Virus record (IMG/VR): IMGVR_UViG_3300049043_000103
Coordinates: 1-56,792 of that record
Reading direction: 5' to 3' (one strand)
DNA length: 56,792 nt
DNA from: a virus
Taxonomy: Duplodnaviria > Caudoviricetes
Shown: piece after piece, positions 42,806 to 55,984 of the stretch
How the letters are laid out: every line of letters begins with the position of its first letter
How positions within the stretch are numbered: the first letter of the stretch is position 1
The notes under the pieces: model-generated
Seen by the model: only the letters and a program-made list of their open reading frames with translations
Database searches by the model: none
Told to the model about the DNA's origin: nothing
Position numbers and translations under genes: made by a program

Positions 42806-45577
42806 TCATTTGGAGTCAGAGATGCGTAAGTAGTCGTTTGTTCTAAGAACATAGAACCGCGATTGTCTACTCAGTCGCGGTTTTTGCTGCGCGTACCGAA
42901 TCGAACAGAACTGACAGATCCTCTCGCTCTGGTAGGTTGAGTATCTGTAGAGCGTGCAGAAATCACGGTACTCGTGATAGGTACACCTGAAAACAGGAAC
43001 CATTCTCCCGGCCTCACCGCAGTTACAGCTTTTCTGAGCGTGTGGACTCTCTCCACGGTAGCGGCAAGGCATATCAGACGATTTCAAGGTCGGCTCGCTT
43101 TGGCGTACCAGTTATCCAGCCAGTAACTCTCTCGTGGAGTAGCGCCAAGATACCACCCCGCGCCGGTGTAATAGTTATCAAACCCGAACTGCTTATTGTA
43201 TTCAGGATTGAACGCACTAGCCGCACTACGATACTTCACCTGATGACCGCAGAATTTTTGAATCCGAGACTGTAGAACCATCGGATCAGGCAGAGTTCGG
43301 ATCGTATCCGGGGCGTGGGAGTTCTGCGCTCCCCGTTTTCAGCACGTTACCATTGAGCCGGAGCGTAACGGTCGTAATCATCTTTCGATTATCACTCGGC
43401 TTTTTCTCGTGCTTAATCTCTACCTCTGGAGTCTGAACTCCCCACGGGGTTAAGGCATTCTCAACCGCCAGTGAGAGTTGGAGCGTTGACTGAGCGAACG
43501 GGCTGGTCTTTGAGGTACAGCCCAAGATATGAATCAACAGTAAGACTTTACTCGGCCAGTAGAGCGAGAGATTGGGAAAGTAATTTTGGCCTGTGCAAGT
43601 CGGAAGGGAGCATATCGCCCGAATCCGAAACCGCATCACAAGAGAACCGCTTACAACGTCATCAGTCCAGCTGTAGATTTCGCTTGGGATTCCCCAGCCA
43701 TAATGAACGCCGTTCTGAATATAGAACGTCACCTCAGCCACTCCTCCGAGCGAGGCTGGCAAGCATCCATTTGGATAGTAGATCATACCCCATGGTCGCA
43801 GGCTTGGTCCTTGGGCATATTGGCATCAATACGCGGGACCATTTTGAAAGGTAGTACATCCTCGGAGTTGGAAGGACTTTGAACGACCAATCCATTCTCT
43901 GGCCGGTAGGGATATCGACCATCCGAATAACTGGCCCTCTTTTGGAGGAAGATTGTTCAGGTCTGGCGCAGTAATCATTAGTCGTCCCCAGTCCGAGATT
44001 GGAGATATCTCGAATGGTTCTCTGCGCCGGAAGAGGAACAAGCCAAGAACTGTTGTTTTGCTCGTAGTATTTCGCGAGAGTCGCCGGAAGGAACTTCCCG
44101 TTCTGCCAGTGTGAAGCCTGATCGTTTGTATTACTCGCTTCCCACCACGGAACGTAAGGCAATCGCTTCCGCACGGAAAAATCATCAGTCAGCTCGTGGA
44201 GGCAATACTGCTCCGGAAGTGGAGGAGAGGAACCGAGTAGGGTGATTGGTACGTGCCGCAAAACGCGGCAAGGAACCGGCGCCGTACCTTGGCGGAAGAG
44301 ATGTGTCCGGCTCGCAAGAGCAGCATCCACCGGGACCAAACCGACCGAATCCCATAACTGAACCGATCTGCAAAATTCCATTAGTCTGCGATATGTCAAA
44401 GACAAAGTTCTGGCCTGAAGCAACGGTTACGCTGTAACCATAATCCACATATCCTATCAGTGGGTCAGCGGGACTTGTGGGCGTGTCGTTGAACAGGATA
44501 GCGTAGCGGAACGTAAACCCACCTCCCGAGCCAGTCCAAGTCAGATCGTTTGCGATCAGGTAGTAAACGCCATCGGTCTTGCGGCTGCCGTCGTGACGGT
44601 TAAGGCTTGTCCATTGGCCGTATATCCACCTGAGGTAGATAGCTCAGTAATATCGGCTTTGACTTGATTGGTTAAGTGCCGGAGCGGTGTTTGAGAGAAT
44701 CACTCTCAGGCTGTCAGAACCAAGATTGTGAACCTTGTGAGCAAGGTCTTGGCTGAATCGGTAAAACTTAGTAAGCGTTGGCATTTAGATACCTCCTGAT
44801 CCGGTTCCGCCAGTTGCAGTTACTCCACCAACGGAGCCACCAGAAATGAACATTTTCAAAGAATCTTCGATTGAGAAGGAAACGATTTCCCCAACACTTC
44901 CCCCGGTAATCGGAGTAGGTTTTGGCGATGTAGTGGATCCCGTTCCTGAGCAGTTCCTCAGAAACAATTACCCATGCGGTATTGATCCGACCCCGCGATG
45001 CCGTACCTATCTCCAGATGAACACGCAGTAAATGCCGCCCAGTTGTAGACTTTGATATTCTCACCGGAGGCAGATAACTGCCCGGCAGAATCGAATACGA
45101 TCACCTCGCACACTGCACCGCCGAGCAAACTTCCAACCCTGCCGGGAATGCCTCCTGATGGCGCCTTAATGATCTTTAGCCCGCCAGAGGATATCTGGTT
45201 CCTGAATCACAAGCGCGCAGGCTGTCGGTCTGGTTGATTACTCCCAGACAAACGAACATACCCTGCGCTGTTCTTCTCCATCACCCAATCACCGTTTTTC
45301 GGCTTGCACCTGTCTCCAGCAGCAAGAGAGCCGGTGAACTTTGCAACCCGGTGAATCGAGACACAGGCCGAACCAAACCCACCCGAGACGATCTTGAACG
45401 GGCCATTGGTCGCGTACATCGTGGAATCAGAATCGGGCTGGGTCACAAGTTAATGTGGTCCGAGATCCAGAGCCAGTAACTCCGGTTATCTTCAGGCTGG
45501 CGTAGGCCGGAATATCACCCTCGTTATCGTTCCTGAACGGAATCCAGAAGTAGTTATCGTAGATGCTCTTGCTCATA
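42806..45577 (-). other. Distal tail/adsorption gene cluster (several frameshifted ORFs, some Cys-rich)
   Basis: ORFs 44785-45577, 44457-44784 (MPTLTKFYRFSQDLAHKVHNLGSD), 44185-44448, ~43090-44290 and 42806-43087 at the end of the tail operon. Confidence 0.55.
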
Positions 45578-45593
45578 AGGGAGGTAGCCCCAT

Positions 45594-47421
45594 TATCTTT
45601 CGCCTGTCTGCGTTGCGGTTAATCTCCGCATCGCGTAATCCTTGCCGATTTCAATCGCCTGCTGACGAGCGCGGAAACTGAGCGTTGTCGCGTCTCCGGT
45701 ATCCTGATTACGGGTTGCTGTGGTCCGAGCGCCACTCATGCCAACCGACCAGCCTACGCTCTGAATGTGCCGTCAAGTTCGATGGCTTTAATTCCTGCAT
45801 AGGTAGCCGTAGCCGCTTCGTCTGGAGTGTTGAGAGACTTGAGGATCTGCTCGGCGTACTCCCGAAGTTGAGCGAGATAATCAGAGCGGTTCTGAAAACC
45901 ATCCGCATACTCCCACATCGGAACGACATCATTCAGCTCGACGTAGATTTCTTCAGCCGGGCTCTTGGGATCGAACCTGTATGATGTGTTCCAGTCGATT
46001 AAACGTCCCTTGAATCGTTGACTGTCTTGAACCGCGATTCTCAAGCAGAAGTTCAGGAAAGTAATTCTCTTTCGAGCGTTTGAGGTATATCTTGCGCGAG
46101 AAGATTACAAGTCCAGCATCAAAATCAATGGAGAAAGGGACGGGAACGATGTATTTTCTAAGTTCATCATTGACGGTTCTGTTCTCTTCGTTTGTATCCG
46201 GCTCGACGTAAGACAGACGGTCCTTGTCAAGCTGGCTGATGTTCCTGAAATCATTTGTTGAGTTTCCAGATTCATCCAGCCCAGCTTTTGCGTCTACGTC
46301 CGTTTCCTGTTCATGGAAAAATGCGCCGTAAACAAACGGCCTACGCGGAGCAATGGAGTAGGTAATCTCTCCAGTCTGATTGGTATCCGTTCGGACGGTT
46401 TTCTCGCATATAAAATTCTGTATCCCACGGAGGATATCGTAGCGAGTCAGAAGCTGATTTCCATAGCCCTGAACATTCTTTTGACGCTGAAGCAGCCCAC
46501 CGTTTATATCCTCTTGAGGAGGATTCTCACTGGGAATAATTGCAAACCACTGAAACGCTGATGCCTCGACAAACTCGCACTCCTGAGTAGTCAAATCCCG
46601 TCCAGTAGCATTTGGATAGGTCGCTACCTCATCCGATACATCAACCGCACTACCCCACCTACCTAAACTAGGCTTGTAGGTGCTTTTGTCTGCCTCTTCA
46701 AACGCGCGGCTTGTTTTGATCACCGGGTATAACCCCAGATCAACCGTTTTCAAAACAGGTGCAGAAACAACCCGAATCCGTTTAGGACGCTCTTTCGGGT
46801 TTGTGTCTGTGCCGAGCGACTCAGAGATCATCAGTAGGAAGGTTCTGAACCGATCCCCGCGTTGTGAATTGAAATCACAGCCGGGTCGTAACTTGGTACG
46901 ATCCGAATCGCCAGAGGAGCGAGCAGATCATTCAGCGCCGTAGCCGCGTTATAGTTGTCCCAAATAATCTCCGGGTAGTAGTCTACGGGTATTGTAGCCT
47001 TCCGCTCAATTCTGACTGCAAGCGCCTTCTCAATCTCATCGAGAATATCACTTACGTTCACTCTTCCGCTCGTGATACTGGTACTGACGATCAATAGATG
47101 ATCTCGCCGTCTCCCCTACGGATATTGGCAAGCAGCGTAATCCGTTTATAGGCCCACTTCCACCGAAAATCTTTGATATAGAGGGTGGAGATTAACCCTG
47201 AGCGACTGGCAGAGTAGGAGCTGGAATCAATCAGGCACTCTTTGAGTTCAAACGCCTTGACCGGATGCGGATACTTCACCGCGATCTCCACGTTCGCATC
47301 TTTGACTAACTGCGGTACGATCTCTGACTACAAACGTAGAGGGCTGGATTCCGTGGTTCATTGTCCCACGAAACGAGATGACTTTATCAACTCCGGTAAT
47401 GAAAACCTGTGCTTCTGGCAT
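45594..47421 (-). CDS. Tail tip/baseplate hub-like protein
   Basis: Long frameshifted ORF two genes after the tape measure; IKDFRWKW, FSIDFDAGLVIFS. Confidence 0.55.
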
Positions 47422-48723
47422 TAGATGCTAGTTGGTGTCCAAGTCCTGTGCGGAACAACATCAAACACCGTCTCAGATACTGAGCAGCGATAAAAATCGT
47501 AGCCGTTGGTGGCTGTCACCGTTCCAGCCGGATCGTGGAACTCTGAGCCTGCGTGAAGCTCCAGATTCGTAATTGTCCGAGACGCTCATCGACCCACGGC
47601 AATCAAACACCGCTCCACCGCCTACCTTCAGATTAGTGATGGTTCCTGCGGAGAGGTAGTTGAGCGTTCCCTGTTCGGCAGTCGCCGTAGTAACAGCCCC
47701 GGCGTAATGGTTGACCGTTCCCCCTGTCATCGTGAGCGTTGTGATTGCGCGCTGCGGCTGGTGAGAGTTCCACCCGACACCTCAACAGTTGTGAGAGAAA
47801 CCCCCACGTCCGTCTCGACGTTTGAATCTCCATCCTGATTAGAAACGTAGCCGACCTTGAGCGTAGCGATAACCGGATTTGTTCCGCTGTCCGTTCCGAC
47901 ATACACCGAGCCGCGCTGAACCGTCATCGTATTGGAGGCGTGGCTTCCACGGAATTTGAATTGCGCCCTGATTCGAGTCATCACTGATTCCGGTTCTGTA
48001 AACGTAGACATTCACACGGCCAGTTCCGCAGTCCAGTTGAATCCGACCGCTACCAGTGCCGTTTCCTTGCCCGATGTAGACTTCAGTAGTCGAGGCGTCT
48101 CCCGAGTTGCAGAACTTCAGAAACCGATCCCGGTACTCGTAGTAAACTCCTCCAGCAAGCGTGTTGTAGGTGGGAAGCCCAATCGAGCCGGTATAGCTGG
48201 CGTCGATGTAGATAGCCGCTGGCGTGACGCCGTTCAGGTTAAGCCCGTACAGAACTGGGACGTCTGAATTTGTGAACACCACCGTATCGCCATCAACCGG
48301 AAGCGAGCCTCCGACCCAGTTACCGGCGAGATTCGCAAAGTTTGGGCCAGTGCAGACGGTAACGGCTGTTCCAGAAGAACTTGCTGAGCCGTTAATCGTC
48401 TGAGCGTCCGCTGCTCCGCCCCCGGTCTCTGTGGTTGCAATCGTACAAGTAAACGGCGATCCGGCGATGTTTGCGGTAGCTGTGAGAACAGCACTCGCGG
48501 CGCTCCAAGTAATCGCGTAGAACTCCGGCTCATCGACTTCCTGTAGCGTGGTCACGAGGTTACTGACAACCGTTGCGGCTACGGTACTGCCTGCGGTGGT
48601 AGAGATTGTCTTCGATCCGATAGTGACCGTGATCACATCGGACGATTCCCACGTTCCAGCGAAGGTCCAGCTCGTTACCTGATTCGTGGCGGCTACTGCG
48701 CCCTTCCAAACTACTGTTGCCAT
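47420..48723 (-). CDS. Beta-helix-like tail-associated protein
   Basis: Thr/Gly-rich, NWVGGSLPVDGDTVVF, VLYGL. Confidence 0.6.
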
Positions 48724-48726
48724 TTT

Positions 48727-49459
48727 CTAACTCACAAACTCGTAGGACCAACTGATTCTGAAAATTGATTGCTTTCCGGACTGACTGATCGTAGTTGGCA
48801 AGTTGCGCTGAATAGTACGCCTGTCAGCTATCTCATTCCCCGGATCAATCGGCGGAGGAACAGCGGGATAGCCATACATTCCGGTGGCGCTTCCGCTTTG
48901 TGTTATGTAGACTGGCGTACTCTTAGAGACGATTTGCTTGACCACGGGGCCATTCATCGTCTCAAGCACCACGATTCGCGGTCCACCAGTGCCTCGCGAG
49001 GTAATGGCTTCGTTATAACTCAGCGTGATTCCGCCTTGCCTACCACCGCCTCTCCCTCTGCCGCCTACCATATCCACAATTTCAAGAATCGAGATATCGC
49101 ACTCAGCGATAATCTGATAGCTTCGGAATGTCGTGTATTCGGCGCCGTCCCTGCTGGATAATCAAGTTTTGTGATCATCACACCGCTTCGAGAGCGATTG
49201 CTGATCAGCTTACTGCGCTGTCTCTGTGCCGTTGTCGTTCAGTAGAACAAGGTCTTTGCCGTTTGTTCCGTAGGCCGTTTCCAGCGCTTTGATCTTTGCC
49301 GTCAAATCTGCCGCGTCGGTTCCTTGCAGCATTCCGGAAATCTGCCACGTTTCCTTCCAGCCGACCTTGTTATTCTCGGCGTTGAGAACCGATTCCTTCT
49401 GGATCGTTATCTGCGCATTCGCCGGTTTCATGTGAGTAGGTTCCGTAACGTAGATACAT
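48727..49459 (-). CDS. Distal tail-like protein
   Basis: Follows the tape measure; ITQSGSATG..GYP..P. Confidence 0.55.
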
Positions 49460-49461
49460 CG

Positions 49462-51396
49462 CTATGGCCCCGAATACGGGTTAGAAGCACCAGAGTTATT
49501 GTCTCTAGCCGCATTGCTCTGGTCTAAACGTCGAGCTTCAGTCTCCCACTGCTGACGAATCTGTTCATTCAATTGCTGCTTCAGTTTTTCAACATGGTCA
49601 GCTACAAACTTTACAATCTGGCTAGTCCACTCTGCGCCTTGGCATCGACTTCAGCTTGAAGTTTGAGAACTGCTTCAGATTGAACTTTGACGTTAGCTAC
49701 GAGTTCATTGACTTGAGTTTTTTCTGCTTGATTCCTTTGGATAAACTGCTTGTTCTCGTCTCGGTTAATGATTGACTGCTGGCTTCTGGCAATCTGCTCA
49801 TCATATCCAGCAATCCGATTTTGCCGAAGCAAACCGATTTCCCTCTCATTCAGTAATTCACCGGAGTCGGCCTTGCGAATAGCCGAGGCCAGTTTGCGAG
49901 CATCTCCTCCGCTCATTTGTGCAAGACTTCCCTGAAGCGCTTCAGTCATCCGCACCGCAGTTTCCGCTTCCTGCTGCGAGATAGATAGACGTTCCTGCTG
50001 TAACTTCAGAAGTTCCCTTTGAATCTCGCTCTGCTGTCTGAGCTTTTCATTTTTTGCTTCTTCCGAATCACCGCGAACAATTACGTTCTGATCGCCACGC
50101 CGCTCAATCGACGTTTCGCGGATTTGCAGATCCGTAGATGATTGGCGGTCGAAGAAGCATTCCCATTTGGGTTGTGTTCAGGCGTCTGGCGCGTTCAAAC
50201 GAATCATTCCAGCGAACCGTTCTTGTTGGGTCTTGAAAACCAGCAGCAAATAAACTTTGGTTTAGGTCAACTCCGAAACTCGCCTGACTCTGGCGAAGCT
50301 GCATTACTTCTCTGCTTGAATCACGGGCTAGCTGTTGCTGTTTCAGCGCAAACTCAGCTTGCTGGCGGGCAAGTTGCTGACCAGTCGCCGCAGCGCTTGA
50401 TCGAGCGTCTGAAGGTGCTACCGATTAGTGATGGAATGCTCTCAAATCGCTGAGCCGTTCCAAAACCTTGATTTACAAACCCATCGCCCTCACCGATGCC
50501 AAATAAACGGTGGATGCCTTGCATCAAACCAAAGCCACCAAAACGCACCAACTGTTCCCACCGCCGCAGCTGGTAAGATTCCAAGGTCAAGCATGGCGGT
50601 TGTCAGACCGGCAGCGCCCATTGGATAAACTCCAAACTGTCCTCCAAGATACGCGCCAGTCAATCCACCCGCTGCCGCTGCTGATACACCACCAGCAGCA
50701 AGCGCACCGGCTCCCGCAGCCATTGCACCACCGCCTGCACCACCGATCACCGCACGACCAGCCGCTCCGCCTGCTCCAGAAAACGTGAACTGACTGGCTA
50801 CCGAAGCGGCAGCGGCAGCGGCAGTATAGGCTTGCCATGCTTTCGTAACGCCTTGAATGATGGAAATAACGCCCTTTACGGCCTGCGGCAACTGACTCGA
50901 AACGGGCGATGATCTTCAGCATCGAGGAGGCTTGATCCTCGTTAGCGGCAACCATCAAAACAACACTTCGAGCCAGTGAAGTAACGCCGCTGATAACCTT
51001 GTTTACCCCTTCAAGGTATTGACGATCAGCCGCTATAACTCGGCGCTGAGCCTGCTCGGATTCATCCAACTGCTGATTGAAAGACGCTATCTCTCGCTCA
51101 AGACTTGATATCTTTTCGTCTAGGCTTGTCAGACTTGAACCATACTCTCTCGTGCTGGCTGTGGCTGTCCTAGAAGCATCGCTAATGGAAACGATTGAAG
51201 CGCCAACATTCCGCGCACTTGCCGCAGCTGCTTGAGCCGTGTTTGCCGCTGCTTGCTGAGCCTGAGAAAGGCCGGTGGTTGCGGCTGTAGCCGCCTTTGC
51301 ATTTTCGGAGATGCCACGAATTGTTTCAGAGACAGTACGAGCGTTGTCGCTTGAAGCGCTATTGATCTTAAGATTGATTGTCAGGTCACGATTCAC
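49462..51396 (-). CDS. Tape measure protein
   Basis: Ala/Gly-rich helical ORF after the tail chaperones; MNRDLTINLKI start. Confidence 0.75.
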
Positions 51397-51406
51397 ATCA
51401 TTCCCT

Positions 51407-52255
51407 TTATACGCTTCGCAAAATCATCTGTTCGGCCTTGCTGTCCCGGACCATCGTGCATATCTGATGGATGATCGCAAAGTCACGTTGAACGACCGGA
51501 TCGCTGCGCCAGTTCACCAAGGCACAGTCCGGAGGTTGCTTGTGATTTGAGATACATCTCGTACATCCTGATATTCCGATTGTTCAGTTCGTAATCCTTG
51601 CTCTGCTCAGGACTCTTCTTCGGGCAAGTGTGGCAGGGCGGGGGAGCATTCCCTCGCTCAACCCGCTTACCGCCACGAATCAAAATCTTTCCGCCTCTCT
51701 CATCAGTGTCGTATCTCTGCCCCTCAATCGCGTCGAGGTAAACCCATTTCTGACATTCTCTACAAGGTCTGGTCGCAAGCTCGGGATTCGTTATGAGCAG
51801 CGCCAGACCCTGCCTCAGTTTTTTAGGTTAGCCTCCTGCTTCACATCGCCTTCAAGCTTCTCTTCAACCGCGCTGATCGAGGCCAGTTCCGCATCGTAGA
51901 TCCGCTCTTCCGCCTGCTTCTCCGGATTGTCATCCGATCCTTCAGTGCCGTAGAGAACAATTCCGGCCAGCCGGTTGAACAGCGCAAACTTGAGCTTGGC
52001 AATCGTCTTCCCCTCAATCGGAACTGCAACGCCGTCCCGGTCGGATAAGTCCCACTCCTTCAGGTGCTTGGCAAGCTCTGCCGCCACAATCAACTCGGCC
52101 TGTGCCGCATCGCGCATTACCGAGCATTTCTTGACCATCATCGCCCGCTGTTCCAATAGCATTGGACGATAGCGAAACGCACAAGGCGGATGAACGCTCT
52201 TGAACTCCTTGATATATCCATCCTCAAGGGTTCCATCAATAAACGCATTAACCAT
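51407..52255 (-). CDS. Tail assembly chaperone G/GT pair via programmed -1 frameshift
   Basis: ORF 51815-52255 ends CTA-AAA-AAC-TGA (A AAA AAC slippery heptamer); the -1 frame continues LRQGLALLITNPELATRPCRECQKW. Confidence 0.8.
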
Positions 52256-52280
52256 AAAACTCGCCTCCTAATAAAAACTG

Positions 52281-53181
52281 TTACGGTGTCGCGTCGTGAG
52301 TTACCACAAGCTCCGCCGTGTTTGGTGAATCTGTCTTGTACGCCTGAAGCTGGAGATTCAGCAGAATCTCACCGCCACGCGAACCGCTTACCGGACTGAC
52401 TCCGGGACTGCTCTTCAGGTTGGCAAACGAGAACAAGGTACTCGTGCCGCCGTTAGTAACCGTGAGCGAACCAGCGGCTCCAGTTGCTGTTTGGGCGTGA
52501 AGGTTTACCTCATCTGCCGTATAAGGAACGGTGAGATTAAACATCACCATTCGATCCCCGGATGGAATCGTGGTCCGAGTTACGCTGTTCATGTAGCGAT
52601 CCGTGATCAGCCCGTTATCAACCACAATCTCAAACGAGCGGACTTCCGTAGCGCTCGCGTCTGCCGAAAGGCTGAACGTCACATCCGAAAAATGTAAGGC
52701 ACTCCAGTATCAATCGAGAGCGACGGGAACGCCGAGCCGGAGATCACTTCCGTCTCACCCTCGATATCCAGCCGTACCGTAATCGGCTGGCCCTGTGTTC
52801 CAGAGATGGTTGCTCTCGATACCCGGCAACCCGTGTAAACAAACCGCTTAGCTGTCCGGTCCACCAGAATCCCCAAACTCTTCCACCGCTTCAGTCAGCA
52901 CACTGCCCGACCCGAGGATCAAGCGGGAGGAGCGAAGTGATCTCAGTTGGAGTCGGATGCAGGACTAGAGACCCATTAACCTGCGCCTGAGTTATTCGGC
53001 AGCGGGCTGAGTTGCGGCGAACGAGTCCCACGGATTCCGTTATTGAATAGAATCGTCTGGTTGTAGCGAATGTCCTGGAGATAAACTCCAGCGCAGTTGC
53101 AGCAGAGAAGTCGGAAAGCTGCGTGACCGTACCGGACTTGATCGCCAGTTTACTGAGCGTGCTGATTGAGGGAGTACCCAT
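52281..53181 (-). CDS. Major tail tube protein
   Basis: Upstream of the chaperones; VDR..KRFVYTGCRVS, FEIVVDNGL. Confidence 0.7.
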
Positions 53182-53193
53182 ATCCTATTTTCC

Positions 53194-53951
53194 TTACAAG
53201 CCTCTCACCTCGCGGCTGATGCACCGCACGATGAGCTGGGAGTGATAGTAATTGTTCCACGCCGCGTTAGGTGAGGTGATCGGCCCCGGCGTTACCGTCA
53301 CCTTGTAAATCTCATTCACCCCCGTCAGACGCTGATTTCTCAGCGCCCGGTTTATCTGCTCTGCGCCACTTCAGGTATTTCTCCTGATTGGTTACAAGGT
53401 TTTGATTTCCGGATGCCAGAACCGTAATCGTTACCGGATACTGAACATCGTCGCGAGCATTCGTTCCCTCTCCGGGATTCTGGTTCTCGACACCGATTTG
53501 ACTAATCACAATCCCCGGCAAGTCATACGTTCCATCGTCAAACCCGCGATCACTTGGAAGCTGTCTGATAACTACTGAGGAATCATCTAAGCTATCAAGA
53601 TTGCAGAGCAGGATTTTGGAACGAACTGCCTCAAGGCAGCGGTAGTGAACACTGTCCGTTCCGCTTGAAGAAACAAAAATACACAACCGAACTGATTTGT
53701 GCCGGCAACGCTTGGGTTCGCTCCATCAGTGGTTGAAACATACCCAAAGTAATGTCCGTTCGTCAAAGAAGATTTGATGATTCCATCATCTGAACGGCTA
53801 CCTGCGCTGACCCAGCTTCCAGACTGGTTGATTCCTCCAGAAAATGCCATCACGTAGGCGGTATGCAGATTCAGAATCCCGCCTCCAGAGATTCGTGAGC
53901 GTAACCCCGGTTCCGTCCTTCTGATCCCGCGTAGGTGGCTGTGATGGGCAT
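53194..53951 (-). CDS. Tail terminator-like protein
   Basis: Position; GTNARDDVQYPVTI. Confidence 0.5.
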
Positions 53952-54409
53952 TACACCAGCCTCCCGAGGATGTTTTCATCAATCCACTTTCCGAGCGTCT
54001 CAACTACCGCATCCGCCCCTTCATCAGTCCAGTAGAGAAACTCTCTGGGTGGGATTTTGCTCGTCCCGTAGTTGTTATATCCACCGTATTCGAGATTCGT
54101 CCCCCAAGCCAGTTCCCGGCCCGAGTTCTCAATCACGCTGTCACCCGTACCGAAATCCGTGGTCACGCTTTGCATTAGGGCAGTAGTGAGAATCAGTAGG
54201 GGATGAGGGCCGTACTGTTCTCACAGTCGATGGCGCGTGAGGGGCCACGAGGAGCCTCCAGCATCTGCCGACCTGTCAAAGATATCCATGAACATACCCG
54301 CAATATCAGCGCGGGTCAGATCGAGCGCGTTTCACTTAAGTCGCCGTCGAAGTTTTTCTACAAGTTTATTCAGCACTCCCGGCAGCTGCTCGGCTTCTAT
54401 CGTGGTCAT
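53951..54409 (-). CDS. Virion morphogenesis (Mu gpG/neck-like) protein
   Basis: WGTNLEYGGYNNYGTSKIPPREFL. Confidence 0.75.
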
Positions 54410-54721
54410 CTCTGCCTTCCGCAAACAAGCTGGAACCTCTGCCCAAGAAGAAACGTACTGACCAGCCTTACAGTAAAGGCTTCTCCATTGTCTGGAGACG
54501 AGGAATCGGAGATAAGAAACTTGTCGCCGGGCTTTGGAATAACCACGCCTAAGCGACTCTTCCAGACATAGAAAACCGTATCATTAGCGCGCTCAAATAC
54601 GATTGACCATCGGCCAAGTCTTTTGCGGTTGGATTCTTCCTCTCGGCGTCGTACACGGTGAACGCGGGCGCCATGTCGGACCTTGCCGCTCCTGATAACT
54701 GAGCGTTTTTCGTCCCGGCAT
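54406..54721 (-). CDS. Head closure-like protein
   Basis: Position between adaptor and neck; KPGDKF. Confidence 0.45.
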
Positions 54722-54753
54722 AATGAGGAACCGATCCGCCAGTTGGGTAGCGT

Positions 54754-55422
54754 CTAACACCAGTTAAACTCCCAGATAGGCGTTGACGATTGCCTGAACG
54801 GAATGGAGATCGTTTGCGCATCAGCACTACCCTTGAGATTGTAGGAGTAGTATTCGAGCGATTCACTGGCGACCATCTGCCCGCCATTGGCGCTCGATAG
54901 CATGATTACTCTCGCCAGCAGAATCCCCGCCAGTTTGAGATCGTCCGGCGTAGAAGAATATCCCGCCGTGTAGGTAACTCGAATGTTACCAAGTCCGGGA
55001 ACCTCACCACCTACCAGCTCGCTTCCGCTGGTAATCCGAAAGCGCAGGCCAAACCGATCCGATGCGGTACAGGATTCCACTTCGCGAGAAAAGCGCTTGA
55101 GGTAATATCAAGCGCGTAATCCTCTCCAGCGGATAAAAGCGTGGACGACCCGGAACGCACCGGAGGCGAAACCAAAATACGCCGAATCGTCCACGTAAAC
55201 GGATGCCACGGCTGTAACTGGTTCTTCGCCTCAGTACGAGCTGATTAGTGCCTGTACCTTTATAGAACTCAGTCGCTGCCGCGCGCTGTCGAATGCAAAG
55301 CCCGTCTTGCGAGCAATGATTGCGGAAGCCTGATTGAGATAAGTGGTATACAGGCGCATGCGTTGGCCTGTACCACTCAGCCCAAGGTGAGTTTTGAACT
55401 CAGTCACGCTCGCAATCGGCAC
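54754..55422 (-). CDS. Head-tail adaptor (gp6-like)
   Basis: SVTEFKTHLG...NIRVTYTAGYSSTPDDLKLA...SESLEYYSY. Confidence 0.8.
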
Positions 55423-55434
55423 AGGAACATCCCC

Positions 55435-55896
55435 TTAGCTATTGAGAACCTTTTCGGTGTACTCACGCAGTGCCGCCTTGTATCTCTCCGGAATCTCTTT
55501 TGTCTGAGCCTTCAGACTTAGCCACCAGTAGCGTTGATTGATCGGATGAGACGGATTGAGTTTCGGAGCGTGGGAATCCGGATCTCCCTGCATTTCCTGC
55601 GTCACTGGGCAACCAGTGTTTACATCAAACAAAGGCTCCTGTTTCACCTCATCCCACATCCAAACCACAACGGTTGGGATCCCGCTCCTCTTGTCGCGGA
55701 GCCTCAACCTTCCGCCAGCTAAAATCCGCTGAGCCTCTTCGGCAAACGGCTGAGCGAGAGCGAATGCTTGCTTCGCCAATTCACCGAGTTGATAGCCCGG
55801 CTTTTGTGCCACAAGTTGCCGATAGATGTTTGCTGCTTCGCTAACCAAGATTTCCTGATTAGGTACAACGGACTTCGGTTCAAATTCTTTTGCCAT
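55435..55896 (-). CDS. Hypothetical protein
   Basis: GGAGG RBS, 153 aa. Confidence 0.65.
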   Translation of the reverse strand: MAKEFEPKSVVPNQEILVSEAANIYRQLVAQKPGYQLGELAKQAFALAQPFAEEAQRILAGGRLRLRDKRSGIPTVVVWMWDEVKQEPLFDVNTGCPVTQEMQGDPDSHAPKLNPSHPINQRYWWLSLKAQTKEIPERYKAALREYTEKVLNS

Positions 55897-55917
55897 GAAA
55901 TCGCCTCCGGTAAAGTG

Positions 55918-55963
55918 AAAAAAACGGGTGGCAAGGCGTTAATGGATTGCACCCTACCACCCG
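55918..55963 (-). terminator. Intrinsic terminator after the capsid/decoration genes
   Basis: CGGGTGG...CCACCCG followed by a T run. Confidence 0.6.
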
Positions 55964-55984
55964 CTGGGGAGTGAGAATCGAACT

